A stretch of 64,000 nucleotides of DNA. Origin: a virus. Made by a program: the position numbers and the translations under genes. Below, piece by piece: positions 19,228 to 30,397 of this stretch. Position 1 is the first letter of the stretch, and the number at the start of each line of letters is the position of its first letter. Below the pieces are notes generated by a model. The model saw only the letters and a program-made list of their open reading frames with translations, did no database searches and had not been told where the DNA came from. The stretch lies in the IMG/VR virus record IMGVR_UViG_3300044858_003284; one strand, 5' to 3'.

Positions 19228-19598
19228 TGTATCCGAAAGACAGAATAATAGTAGTAACAGGAAAATTTGATCCACTAACAAATCACGAATTAAGTTATCT
19301 ACAGAAGTGTAGGAGAAAAGGTGATTGGCTTGTTGTCGGTGTTCATTCAGATTGGTACTTAGCCTGGTGTGATGGTGGCTTTATGCAAAACTACGAATCA
19401 CGCAGAAATATCATAAAAGCTCTAAAATGCGTAGATGAAGTCTTTTCATTTAACGATTCTGATGGCACCGTCTGCCAACTTCTCAAAATTATAAAAGCTT
19501 GTTATCCTGATGCAAATATAACTTATATTTCTGAAGATGACATGTTTAATATGCCAGAAACAAAAATAAAAGGCATCAATTTTGAAACCATGAGATAG
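19227..19598 (+). CDS. Cytidylyltransferase-like (TagD/RfaE type), degenerate HxGH
   Basis: VVTGKFDPL, LVVGVHSD, LKCVDEV. Confidence 0.75.
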   Translation: MYPKDRIIVVTGKFDPLTNHELSYLQKCRRKGDWLVVGVHSDWYLAWCDGGFMQNYESRRNIIKALKCVDEVFSFNDSDGTVCQLLKIIKACYPDANITYISEDDMFNMPETKIKGINFETMR

Positions 19599-19607
19599 GA
19601 GAACTAA

Positions 19608-19790
19608 GTGACAAAATTTGTAGGCAAGTTTCGTAAAAATAAAGACTACAATGATGATTATAACTACGCCAAAACAGCATTACACACAAAAAGACGTAGA
19701 GGCGAACATCCAGAAGTAAAAAAGCAGTTAAAGCATTGGCAAGACGAAGAATACGAAGAATTAGAAATTTCACATAGTAAGAATTTGTAA
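19608..19790 (+). CDS. Hypothetical protein
   Basis: GTG start with AGGAG RBS. Confidence 0.55.
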   Translation: MTKFVGKFRKNKDYNDDYNYAKTALHTKRRRGEHPEVKKQLKHWQDEEYEELEISHSKNL

Positions 19791-19864
19791 GTTTACCACT
19801 ATTTTTTCGATTTTTGAGCATAAGTAAGTATGCTGCCGTTTCAAATAAAAGGTATTGGTATTAA

Positions 19865-19917
19865 TGTTGTTCCAATACAACACATCTATTGACTTATTCT
19901 CTTTTCCGTGATACAAT
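19865..19917 (+). promoter_or_regulatory. Early promoter with upstream palindromic box
   Basis: TGTTG-N8-CAACA, 6 nt, TTGACT-17-TACAAT. Confidence 0.75.
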
Positions 19918-19943
19918 GGTTCTTCTACAATGGAGAATTGTTT

Positions 19944-20288
19944 ATGATGATCTACGGATATATTCCAAAATCCAAAAAACGTAAAGTTTCAAAGTTAGTT
20001 CAACAGCGTAATGCAGAATGGTTGGCTTCTATCGAAGCAATATCACCAAAACGTAATATTACCACTTCCATCAAAAAATCAATCACAGATTATTCTCCAA
20101 AGATTCCTCCTGGCCGTGAAACTCCCCGTTATGCGTCCTCAGATACAGGTTTTGTGCCTTGCACGAAAAAACTTCCATTTTCTTATACAGGTGACAAAAT
20201 GAAAGGTGTGGCAACAATGCACAAGTCAAATGCCGTGCCGGTTTTCACGGATATAGAAGCAAAAGAAATTTCTAGCATGCGGAGATAG
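19944..20288 (+). CDS. Conserved basic hypothetical protein
   Basis: YTGDKMKGVATMHKSNAVPVF; GGAGA RBS. Confidence 0.65.
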   Translation: MMIYGYIPKSKKRKVSKLVQQRNAEWLASIEAISPKRNITTSIKKSITDYSPKIPPGRETPRYASSDTGFVPCTKKLPFSYTGDKMKGVATMHKSNAVPVFTDIEAKEISSMRR

Positions 20289-20777
20289 TCAAAAATGAAT
20301 CCAAAAGGTTGGAATAATGAAGATTGGGACGATTATGAGGAATATTTGCAAAATTTGTCTGCCAAGGAGCTAGAAATTGAGTTAAAATTGCTTAAATCGC
20401 TCGGAGAAGCGAAAAAAGAAGGCAAAATTATCGTTCCGAATGAAACTTTTTATAAAATGTGAGGTAAATATGTTAACACAATGGGAAGAAACGCAAATTT
20501 ATCGTGGAATTGACGAAATTATGCATAATCTGCGTCATATACCAGCTGATGATGTCGCTCATTTTCTGGTAAAATTCAATCCGAAGCTTGCCGAAGAGCT
20601 GGCAACTGCAATTGAGCAACGAATTTTCGATAAAATAGAAGGAAAAAGACATGAATGAGATTCCTCAAAATATTTGGATGTCAGCGATTGCAGAAGATGA
20701 AGAAATTCCTGCGTGGAAACGCTTGGATATCGTAACTCGCAAGTGGGCTGTTTTGTCTGGAATGGAAAAAGACTTAA

Positions 20778-20984
20778 ATGACTATCAAAAACGCAAAGAA
20801 TATTACCAATAAGAGATATTCAACAAAAATTGTTGATGCAAACGATGGTACGGGTGATGGTATTCTAATTCTTCCTGAAGAAATTGTGAAATACAATCAT
20901 TGGAAAGAAGGACAGGCCATTGAAATGGAATATAGAGAAGGAAAACTCTACCTAAAAGCCTTACCGGAACAGAGTGTTGCTTAA
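20778..20984 (+). CDS. AbrB/MazE-like DNA-binding protein
   Basis: GDGILILPEEI..WKEGQAIEM..GKLYL. Confidence 0.6.
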   Translation: MTIKNAKNITNKRYSTKIVDANDGTGDGILILPEEIVKYNHWKEGQAIEMEYREGKLYLKALPEQSVA

Positions 20985-21037
20985 AAACAACAGTATGAAA
21001 GTTACCGCTTGACGGTAGATGATTTTTATGAGATAAT
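20975..21037 (+). promoter_or_regulatory. Early promoter with upstream palindromic box
   Basis: TGTTG-N8-CAACA, 16 nt, TTGACG-17-GATAAT. Confidence 0.75.
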
Positions 21038-21060
21038 ACTATTATTAACTCGGAGAATCT

Positions 21061-23169
21061 ATGGAACTAATTCAATCTAAATCACTACTTGCCAAACTAA
21101 TGGCAAATGAAAATCTTACTATCGAACAGCGTAACACTAACACTGCTGCATTTGATGTAAAGAATCGTATTCTTACGGTTCCTGTCCTTGACAAAAATAT
21201 CTCAGGTTATCTCTATGACCTTTTTCTAGGTCATGAAGTTGGTCATGCACTCTATACTCCGTTAGATGGTATGATGAAAGCACACGAAGAAAAAATACCA
21301 ATGGGTATTATGAATGTGTTAGAAGATTCTCGTATTGAACGTAAAATCAAAAACAAATATCCTGGCATTCGTACCTCTTTTGTTCGTGGTTATCGTGAGT
21401 TGATTGAAAAAGATTTCTTTGGTACCAACGGTGTCGATTTGAATGATATGAATTTTATTGACCGTGTAAATCTCTACACCAAAGGCGGTGCAGCACAAGG
21501 TATTAAATTCAATGATGAAGAACGTGGTTTAGTTAATGAGATTGAATCTACTGAAACATATGATGATGTAATCCAGTTAGCATACAAAATAATGGCGTAT
21601 ATGAAAAAAGAAAAAGAAGAACGCCAAGTAACTATTCCTGAATTCGAAGAAGATCCAGATGGTGATTTTTCGGCCGATGGTTATGAAGATTCGGATGAGT
21701 TTGATGATGAAACAATTGAAAAGTTTGGTCAACCAAATTCAAACACCGATGAATCGATGGAAGAAATTGATGATGGTCGTAAACAAGATTTACGTGGCCA
21801 CGAAGGTGGTGATGAATCTGGTTTAGATTCTCAAACAGATAAATCGTATCGTCAGAATGAAAGCAAACTATTTGAATCAAGTAACAGGCATTTCTATTAT
21901 GGTAATATCAACGATATCGATTTGAAGAAAGCCGTTGTACCATACAAACAATTGTGGACTGAATACAAAAACGATTTGGCCAAATACAGTATTTCTGGTA
22001 TCGATACAAATGAATTCTTAAAAATTCGTAATGATGCTAAAAAAGTTGTAAGTTATTTGGCTAAAGAATTCGAGTTGCGTAAGAATGCCGACCAACAAAA
22101 ACGTGCATCGATTGCCAAAACTGGTGAACTGAATCTCAACAAAGTTTATGCTTATAAATTCACCGAAGATATTTTCAAACGCATGACTGTGTTACCAGAA
22201 GGCAAATCACATGGTCTCGTAATGTTCCTTGATTGGTCTGGTTCTATGTCTGACCACATGGAAAACACCATGAAGCAATTAATCAATCTGGTCATGTTCT
22301 GTAAGAAAGTAAATATTCCTTACGAAGTATATGCTTTTACTTCTGAACATTCTGATAAGTATAATGTTGAATTCAAAGAAGGTGATTTAGATTTACATGG
22401 TTTCAAACTAATGAATTTGTTATCAAGTAAAATGTCCGCTTCTGAATTCACATACGCTTGTTCTGCTTTGGTGTGTTCTGCTAAACCTAGAGCAATGCGA
22501 CCACACTGGATGCAACTCGGTGGTACTCCATTGTATGAGAGTGTAATTGCTGCCATGAAGATTATTCCAGAATTTCAGAAGAATTACAAATTACAAATTG
22601 TAAACACCGTGTTTCTTACCGATGGCGAAGGCAATCCTGTAAGAAATATTATGTTCTCACATACAAATAGTGATGGCAAAGAACAACGTTTATCTGGTTA
22701 CAACAATGCAGATTTGGATTTCGGTAATTCATATGGTAGAGATAAAGTTTTCGTGATTCGTGATCCAATTACTAAACACGAAGAAAAAGTTTACAATGGT
22801 TATGGTAATGAGTTGATGAGTGCTTATATCAAAATGTTGAAAGTAAGAACACAATGTAATATCATTGGTTTCTATGTGTTATCTGGCCGTGAGTTTGGTC
22901 GTGTTGCACATAACTTTTATCCAAGATCATCAGATCATGCCAAACTAAAAGCAGAGTTTCGTAAAGAGAAATATAAGATTGTGACCAATGCTGGTTTCGA
23001 TGAATATTATCTCTTACGATCAGAAGGCCTAGATACGGATGATGATACTGAATTCGTTGTAAAAGAAAATGCAACCACTCGTGGTCTTGTATCCGCTTTT
23101 ACAAAGTATGCAGGTAATCGTTTATCAAACCGTGTTGTATTAAATCGATTTATTGGACTTATTGCATGA
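21061..23169 (+). CDS. Metallopeptidase-like plus VWA domain protein (CobT-like)
   Basis: HEVGH, NVLEDSRIE, MIDAS DWSGSM, GGTPL, FLTDGE. Confidence 0.85.
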   Translation: MELIQSKSLLAKLMANENLTIEQRNTNTAAFDVKNRILTVPVLDKNISGYLYDLFLGHEVGHALYTPLDGMMKAHEEKIPMGIMNVLEDSRIERKIKNKYPGIRTSFVRGYRELIEKDFFGTNGVDLNDMNFIDRVNLYTKGGAAQGIKFNDEERGLVNEIESTETYDDVIQLAYKIMAYMKKEKEERQVTIPEFEEDPDGDFSADGYEDSDEFDDETIEKFGQPNSNTDESMEEIDDGRKQDLRGHEGGDESGLDSQTDKSYRQNESKLFESSNRHFYYGNINDIDLKKAVVPYKQLWTEYKNDLAKYSISGIDTNEFLKIRNDAKKVVSYLAKEFELRKNADQQKRASIAKTGELNLNKVYAYKFTEDIFKRMTVLPEGKSHGLVMFLDWSGSMSDHMENTMKQLINLVMFCKKVNIPYEVYAFTSEHSDKYNVEFKEGDLDLHGFKLMNLLSSKMSASEFTYACSALVCSAKPRAMRPHWMQLGGTPLYESVIAAMKIIPEFQKNYKLQIVNTVFLTDGEGNPVRNIMFSHTNSDGKEQRLSGYNNADLDFGNSYGRDKVFVIRDPITKHEEKVYNGYGNELMSAYIKMLKVRTQCNIIGFYVLSGREFGRVAHNFYPRSSDHAKLKAEFRKEKYKIVTNAGFDEYYLLRSEGLDTDDDTEFVVKENATTRGLVSAFTKYAGNRLSNRVVLNRFIGLIA

Positions 23170-23811
23170 GCAGAGAGATTGCATCATTCTTGGGTGAAGA
23201 AGGTAACCTAAAAGCTACCGTATATCACGATGAACGCTACGATAAACCTTATGTTGTTGAATACAACATTTGTGATGAATATCATGCAAAACTACATTAT
23301 GAAAATGAGAATGATGCAATCGAAGCTGCCAAGCAATTCACTTTATAAGGATTAAAATGAAACTTTCCACTTTTATGAATGGTGATAAGAAAGCAATTGT
23401 TGAACGTGCTGAATACACTTATTCAATCGTATATTATCTTAATGACAAAGTAATTAAAAAAGAAACAACGAATGATTATCAGCGAGCCGAAGATTTGGCT
23501 GAAGATTATGTTTTGGCTGAAGAAAAGAAAGGTCCTGATTTTTTAGTTGAAAGGTGGAACAATGTCTAATATGATTGCTGAAGATGGATTTGATCCTAAG
23601 AAGATTGCTGATGAAATGATCAAACGGTGCCTTGATGCCAGAGAATGGCACATCCAATGTTATGTGCAAGAAGAATGGTTTATTAATGGCGTTGTTCCGT
23701 TTACGATTTCTATGAAAGATGGTTTATATACGTGCAAAGTGATTGCACCAACCAGACAAGATGCAATTCGTAAAGTAGAAGAATATATGCCTGTAATTAA
23801 AATTGTAGAGA

Positions 23812-24099
23812 ATGATGGAAAATAAAACAAGAGAAACACTTATTATATTACAAGAAGAATGTGCCGAAGTAATTCAAGCCTCATCTAAGATATTTCGTTT
23901 TGGTTTTGATTCATGTTATCCAACCGAAGATTCACCAACAACAAGAGAATGTCTAACGATGGAACTAGGTCAATTACTTTGTATGGTTGCTTTATTGGTT
24001 GACCAGAAGGTAGTTGATGAAAATGAATTAATGAATTACATGGAACTCAAAAAGAAGAAGTTAGAAAAATGGTCGAGTATTTTCAAAGATGCATCCTGA
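23812..24099 (+). CDS. MazG-like NTP pyrophosphohydrolase
   Basis: ILQEECAEVIQA.SK..RFG; ELGQL. Confidence 0.7.
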   Translation: MMENKTRETLIILQEECAEVIQASSKIFRFGFDSCYPTEDSPTTRECLTMELGQLLCMVALLVDQKVVDENELMNYMELKKKKLEKWSSIFKDAS

Positions 24100-24408
24100 C
24101 GAACTATTGAAATTTCTGAAGCATCTTTTGCCTTGGGCACCTCACGGTTCATATATCAGAAATCAGATACAAAATATGATTAATCAGATAAAGGCAAGCA
24201 GGCAATAACATATATAGAGGTATGTTAGAATATCTCCGTTTATCTCTCTTTATTATTGCCATTACGATGGCCTATGCCTATACGTCTAATGATGATTACC
24301 ACAAAAGATTTGACAAAATGATTGAAATACAGTATAATTGTAGTAAGTTGAGCTATGATGCTCCAATAGATGTGGTAACTATGTGTAACGATGGAAGGAG
24401 ATTTGTAA

Positions 24409-24669
24409 TTGTTAAAGCCTATCAAGAATAATGTAATTGTTGAGTTGATCGAAAAAGAAAAGGTTACCAGCTCTGGTATTGTCCTTTCATCGGCCGATCC
24501 AGCAGAAGCCAATCGTGCTAAAGTAGTTTTCCTTGGACCTGATGTAGAAACTGTTCAGAAAGGTGACTTTGTATTACCTAACTGGAATTCAGCCCGCAAG
24601 ACAAAATATGATGGTACAGACTATTATATTGTAAGTGAAGAAGAAATTGTTTTAATTTTTGGAGATTAA
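24409..24669 (+). CDS. groES: Co-chaperonin GroES-like
   Basis: LKPIKNNVIV, TSSGIVL, VVFLGP, EEEIVLI. Confidence 0.85.
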   Translation: MLKPIKNNVIVELIEKEKVTSSGIVLSSADPAEANRAKVVFLGPDVETVQKGDFVLPNWNSARKTKYDGTDYYIVSEEEIVLIFGD

Positions 24670-25116
24670 TATGCCATTTGATATTACTAATGAAGAATAT
24701 ATTGCCGTTTTAGAAACTGAAAAAGAAACACTTCTACGACACTATTACAAACCTCAATCTGAAGGTACAGGACATTTTAATACGGCTGCTTCCGTATTAC
24801 AACACCGTATTGATGAGATTCGTAAAGAAATGGGTTCAACACTACAATAGGAGAATGGTATGACCACGTTTACAACTGACGATAGAAAATCAGCCTATGA
24901 TCCAGGTTTAGGTTGTGTAACACCATCTTCTGCCAATGGCATGGAAGAACCAGACCTTGTTGCAGAAGCACCTTATCATCCAGGTTATGAAGATGCGGTC
25001 ATTGAAAGTAAACGATTAACTATTCTATCAAAAGAATTTGATGAGTTACTTAAAGTGAAAGATCGTCATGTTACCACCTCGGCTAAGATTATTGAGTTTC
25101 TGAAAGGTGGTCAGAA

Positions 25117-25293
25117 ATGGGATCGTTAGTCCAACTTGATTTATTTCCAGACAATGAACAACTCTCTTTTAACTTTGAACAAACCATGCAAAAATTAGGA
25201 CCGTCTTTTACAGTTACCACAAATAATCTTACCGCTGCCACCGAAGAAGAGGCAATAACCATTTCTAATGAATATGTGAAAGAAACAACATGA
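25117..25293 (+). CDS. 58-aa protein with QLDLF motif (not in ORF track)
   Basis: MGSLVQLDLFPDNEQLSFNF..; AAAGGTGG RBS. Confidence 0.6.
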   Translation: MGSLVQLDLFPDNEQLSFNFEQTMQKLGPSFTVTTNNLTAATEEEAITISNEYVKETT

Positions 25294-27094
25294 TTACATT
25301 TTTAGGCATTATTGGCTTTATCATCACCGTGTTAGTGGCCATACCAGCAACACTCATCGCTTTCGCAACACTCATTGAGCATCCGATCCGTACCGTGATT
25401 ACTCTCTGGATGACTCTCATCGAGACCTACAAGGACCTCTGGCGTAACCTCACTCAATAACGAAACGCAGCTGCGAAACGTAACATTATATCATGGCAAA
25501 ACTCCTAATACCATCTCTCTTAATCCTCTGCGTTTCCGCCGCCTCCGGCCAAGAAGCGCCTTCCGCATCCGAGATCGCAAAAGATTCTAAAGGTAAAGAA
25601 ATTCTTCTCCAATGTCGGCCTCAGAAGCCGCTGAGCCATACTTGGATTTGCACCGACCAGAATGGTAAAATAATTTCCAATTTACTCATTAAAGAGAGGG
25701 ACGCTAAATGAGGCTTCTACACATCTTCCAGTTCTGGACTTATCCGTCCCTCTGGCTCACTACTCGATTCTGGTATTGGAAAGAAACCACACCTAAAGGT
25801 TATCTTCTTCTGACTATCTGTGGTATCGCAATGGTCTTTGACCGAGCAGATAGGTTTATATGAACGGCCGCCAATGGAAAGACGGAGAGACCGCTGCTCA
25901 CTTTCTCTATTACGATGAAACTGGCCGAATCGTTGGTGAAGTGAACCGTGCTGGACATCAGATTAATACGAAACATACCACCACCGTTTATCCTAATGCC
26001 AGTCAAACACTTTCATTAGGCATGTATATTAATTCTGATACCGCTAAGGCAGCCGTAGAGAAATTCTGGTTAATACAAGAAAGGACTTTAATTGAACATG
26101 AATAACGAAATGAAAGAATTATTAAAGAAACACAATATTGGATATAACCAACAAACCATTCATATTTCAGGTACCAGAATGGTTGAATTCTGTACCGATA
26201 TCTCAGGTAAATGGGTACCAATCCAGGATGTGATGCAGCTGGTAGAGAGAATCAATGAACTAGAGAAACAACTCCATGGGAGTAGATAATGAAAGTAATA
26301 CTACAAGAAGTACCAGAAATATCAGGATCCACCTATCGGTTAATTGCTGAGACCGAACCTGGTCTTGGTGGCTATACCACTCTGACCTTCTCTAGTATAT
26401 GGACTGGTGCCAAGAAACCAGACGAACCACACATTAAGTACCGAGTCCACCTCACAGATGAAGCAAAGAAACACCTTAAAGAAATACTATGAAAATTCTA
26501 TTATTATGCCTCTCTGTGATCCTTACTGGATGCTCTACGATTGCACAATATCCAGTCACAGCGGCTTCAATGACTATATGGGGAACCACAGGTAAGACTA
26601 CAGGTGACCATGTGCTTTCTTTTGTAACTGGTAAAGACTGCGTAACTCTCCGTATTTTTTCACAATATGAAAACGAGTATATCTGCGAAGAAGTGGTAGA
26701 AGAAAAAATCTATGAGATACGAGGACTGGATAAAGTCTTGGCAAAAAAGTAGGATCCTCTGGGGCCACCTGGAAAAAAATTTAGGAATTCGAAAATCCTG
26801 AAAAAATAGCCGAGAAAAAAAGTTACTGAATATCCAATCCGACCACCAGCAAAACTTTTTTAGCACTGCTATTCTGCGCTGAATAGCCTGTATTACTCCC
26901 CGAGCCGTGCCCCGTATACGATTCGGAGCAGCCTCTCAGAGCACCGCACCGTTCCGACTCAATCCCCACACGGACTCCACAGGGGCTCCCGTACCAAAAT
27001 CCACGAAAAATCTCGGTGGCCACCAATACCTGACCAATCCGGTCAAGAATTATCCTCAATGGCCTCAATGGCTTACGGCATGCAAAAATACCAT

Positions 27095-27122
27095 TTGACA
27101 AGCCCGCCAATACCTGTATAAT
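27095..27122 (+). promoter_or_regulatory. Strong sigma70 promoter
   Basis: TTGACA-16-TATAAT. Confidence 0.8.
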
Positions 27123-27155
27123 AATCTCATTAACTCAGAAAAGAAAGGTATTAAA

Positions 27156-27431
27156 ATGTTTTCATATATTGACACCATCCAGAATTTAACCGTTGCAGAA
27201 AAACGCAATTTGGTCAAATCCATTAAGCTCATGATTAAAGAGCATATTGCTGCTAACCGTGATGCAAATTTCCAGCGTAAGCAGAATTCCGCTTTATTGC
27301 GTGCTCAGAAAAAAGCTGACCGCATCGCCGCTCTTGAAGCAAAGCTCGAAGCGCTTCGCAATCCAGTCGGTGCCAAAGCTATCAAGGCTAACAAAAAGCC
27401 TTCCAAAGTGGTAGTTACCAAAACGGCGTAA
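27156..27431 (+). CDS. Basic coiled-coil early protein
   Basis: AAAGGT RBS after a strong promoter; hairpin at about 27456-27479 follows. Confidence 0.7.
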   Translation: MFSYIDTIQNLTVAEKRNLVKSIKLMIKEHIAANRDANFQRKQNSALLRAQKKADRIAALEAKLEALRNPVGAKAIKANKKPSKVVVTKTA

Positions 27432-27855
27432 GCTGCTGTTTTTAGTGATTTTATAGTGGCGCTTCTCAGTAGGCGCCATTAGTAAGATTATTAGGATATT
27501 ATGTTAGAGCAAATTAAATTATTACCACTTAACGATAAAAAAACACTATTGGCCATGCTTCAATCGGACATAGGGTTGACCGTCAAGGTGGATATAGTAG
27601 TAGAAAAACCAAGTATTTTTACATTGGAGTCCAGGCGCTGTAATGATATAGCCTTAGTAAAGCGCCATGGCCGCTCAGTAATTTACACGGAATTAAATGA
27701 GATACTCTGAAATGCTTAGGAGCTTTTCTCTAGGATACTCAGGAAGTGGTAGGAAATGTGCGGAGAATCGTGGAAACAAACTAAGAGCCGCAAAGAGCAC
27801 CTATATGGCGACTGGTATAGCGACTATATTACGGAAAGTAATAAAGAGGCCTCTA

Positions 27856-27916
27856 TGTTGTTTTTATACAACGGATGTTCGATTTTTATTGACATCCACC
27901 GCCATTCTGGTATAAT
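27856..27916 (+). promoter_or_regulatory. Early promoter with upstream palindromic box
   Basis: TGTTG-N8-CAACG, 15 nt, TTGACA-16-TATAAT. Confidence 0.8.
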
Positions 27917-27946
27917 GGTATTTTGAATTGATTGGAAATTTTTATT

Positions 27947-28720
27947 ATGAAATTATTATCTACTGGTAATCCTAAGGTTTTGAAAGGATTGGCACAAGGT
28001 TACAATACTTACATATTGCACCTTGCTCCCTCTACCTTATCTGGCCATAATACCTGTCCTAAGGCTACTGCAGGTTGCATTGCTTCTTGCCTTAATACGG
28101 CAGGTCGTGGTGGTATGTTTAAGCGTGGTGAGACCACTAATACTATTCAGCAGGCTCGTATCCGTAAAACCAAATTATTCTATGAGTTCCGTTCGGAGTT
28201 TATGTCTATGTTGGTTGCTGATATTGAGCTCGGTATTAAACAATCGAAGCGGTTAGGTTTAATTCCCGTATTCAGATTAAATGGTACCTCGGATCTCTCA
28301 TGGGAAAAATATGAGGTTGTGCGTAATGGTGAAGTTTTCACTAACATATTTGCAGCATTTCCTGATATCCAATTCTATGACTATACCAAGGTTATTGGTC
28401 GTAAGGTATCAGGTATCAAAAATTACCATTTAACCTTTTCTATGGCGGATGGTAATTATATGGATTGCAAGCGTGCCGTGGTTGAAGGTTTGAATATTGC
28501 TGTGGTATTCGGTATCAAGAAAGGTACTGCAATGCCTAAGAAATTCTTCAACCATAATCTATCCGTATTTAATGGTGATGATAGCGATTTACGCTTTCTT
28601 GATCCAAAAGGTTGTGTGGTTGGTCTATATGCCAAAGGCAAGGCCAAAAAGGACACCAGCGGTTTCGTAAAATATCCTGTTGGTGATTATAAGTTTACTA
28701 TGAAATTGGAGGCAGCATGA
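27947..28720 (+). CDS. Gp88-like protein with Cys cluster
   Basis: CPKATAGCIASCL, RLNGTSD, FYDYTK, GDDSDLRFLD. Confidence 0.7.
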   Translation: MKLLSTGNPKVLKGLAQGYNTYILHLAPSTLSGHNTCPKATAGCIASCLNTAGRGGMFKRGETTNTIQQARIRKTKLFYEFRSEFMSMLVADIELGIKQSKRLGLIPVFRLNGTSDLSWEKYEVVRNGEVFTNIFAAFPDIQFYDYTKVIGRKVSGIKNYHLTFSMADGNYMDCKRAVVEGLNIAVVFGIKKGTAMPKKFFNHNLSVFNGDDSDLRFLDPKGCVVGLYAKGKAKKDTSGFVKYPVGDYKFTMKLEAA

Positions 28721-29607
28721 GCGGTATGAAAGCATTTCTGGATGAAGTCCAGGTATTATTGGAGTGTGGTTACAATGCCGACCAAATCTCCCAAGCATTA
28801 GGTTGTTCCTTGGAAATGGCAGAGCAGGCAGTAGAGTATTGGACGGACTTTGCGGAGTAATTATGTTATTATCGTATAAGTTGGATTTATATGTGTTTTT
28901 ATTTGGTTTATTATTAATGGTGGTGGTACTATGAATGTGTATATTGTAAAATCTGGCCAGTTGGTTGATTTTGCTGGTTGGGAATGGTTGAACCTACGAG
29001 CTTTTGCTGACTATGACAAAGCCGTGGCATTTATGCAATTGGTTCAAAATCAGATACCACGAAAGAACCTTGGGAATACCGAGGATGTAGAAATTGAAGA
29101 ATTAACGCTGGAGTAAAATTATGACTGAAAAACAATTGGTATTGGCAGCGATCCGTGAGTTCCACTTCAAAGGTCGTACCAATGAGCAGATAGCCAAGGT
29201 ATTGCATATGCCATTGGATCAAGTAATTGAAGAGGTTAAATTTATTGTATTTTCACCTGGTTATATTGGGAGGTAATATGTTTGGTGGTAAATTGTTAGT
29301 AGGTACTCGTAAAATGATTCAAGGCACCCATCGGATGCATGCGTATCAGGATACATGGGAAGATTCTGTGGATATTCAATTCGATGGTGAATTGACACCA
29401 GCCGTATGCTTGGCCATCTGTGAGGCATGGAAGAATTCTGGTCGCCTTGGTGAGAACCAAAGTGGTTATGGCAAACTCCGATGGGGTAATGCTGATACCA
29501 TACTTGGTGTGGATGTGGCAAAGCGCCAATTACGCCTTGGTTGCTCGGTTAATCTGTGTGATTAATCCACAATAGTTGACCGATTTGGTCGACTATTATA
29601 CAGGGTA

Positions 29608-29636
29608 TTGACATTTATACCAGTTTCCTGTATAAT
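29608..29636 (+). promoter_or_regulatory. Consensus sigma70 promoter
   Basis: TTGACA-17-TATAAT. Confidence 0.85.
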
Positions 29637-29863
29637 GGTTTTTTAATGTGGAGAAATGTATGACATTTTATGTATGTGATGGTTTACTTTTTGATTCGTA
29701 TCAAATGGCGGTGAATTATGCCAATGAGCAATTTCGTAAGTTTGATATTGCTTTGAATATTGAGCGGGTAATCAAGGTATGATGCTCGCAATCAATGTAG
29801 GTATTTTGTTGTATATGGTAGCAGCAGGTTATTTAATTTATTATGTGATTAAGGAGTATTGAT

Positions 29864-30397
29864 ATGCCAAACTGGTGTAATAATAATATAGAATTGTCCC
29901 ATCCTGATAAGGCGATGGTAGAGCGTGCCGCTAAAGCGTTTGCTGACGGTACATTATTGAATGAGTTTATTCCATTACCAAAAGAATTGGAAGACACCAC
30001 GGCACCTGCTCGGCAGTCCGATGAAGCCTTGGTCGCCAAATACGGCCATTCTGATTGGTATTCGTGGTGCATCGCTAATTGGGGTACCAAGTGGGATATC
30101 TCGCCATATGGTGTAGAAATCAATGAGTTTGGTACTTTGGTCGGTGCCTTTGATTCACCATGGGGTCCTCCAATCGAAGCATATTCAAAGCTTGAGGAGT
30201 TAGGTTTTGAGGTTCGTGCATATTACTGTGAACCAGGCATGGGTTTTGCTGGAATGTATGAAGGATTTGATGAGTGCTATGATTATTCTGGCATGAATGC
30301 TGATGAAGCGGAAGAATACATTCCTGAGACCTTAAACGAAATGTATGGCATCACCGAATCAATGCGTGAATGGGAAGAGGAGAATTCTGATGAGTAA
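29864..30397 (+). CDS. Api92/YubB ferredoxin-like (DUF1281-related) protein
   Basis: MPNWCNN, WCIANWGTKWD, FDSPWGPP, YCEPG. Confidence 0.75.
   Translation: MPNWCNNNIELSHPDKAMVERAAKAFADGTLLNEFIPLPKELEDTTAPARQSDEALVAKYGHSDWYSWCIANWGTKWDISPYGVEINEFGTLVGAFDSPWGPPIEAYSKLEELGFEVRAYYCEPGMGFAGMYEGFDECYDYSGMNADEAEEYIPETLNEMYGITESMREWEEENSDE

Larger units (their letters stand above)
23166..26752 (+). other. Run of short, tightly coupled hypothetical genes, including membrane proteins and a lipoprotein (26489..26752)
   Basis: Successive + strand ORFs with overlapping stop/start codons and RBSs. Confidence 0.65.

Noticed and set aside
19865-19882. Promoter box as a LexA SOS box
   Set aside because: Proteobacterial LexA binds CTGT-N8-ACAG and overlaps core promoter elements; this motif differs and lies upstream of -35.
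26823-27110. ORFs on both strands in the GC-rich island
   Set aside because: No RBS and atypical composition; open frames are expected in locally GC-rich DNA.
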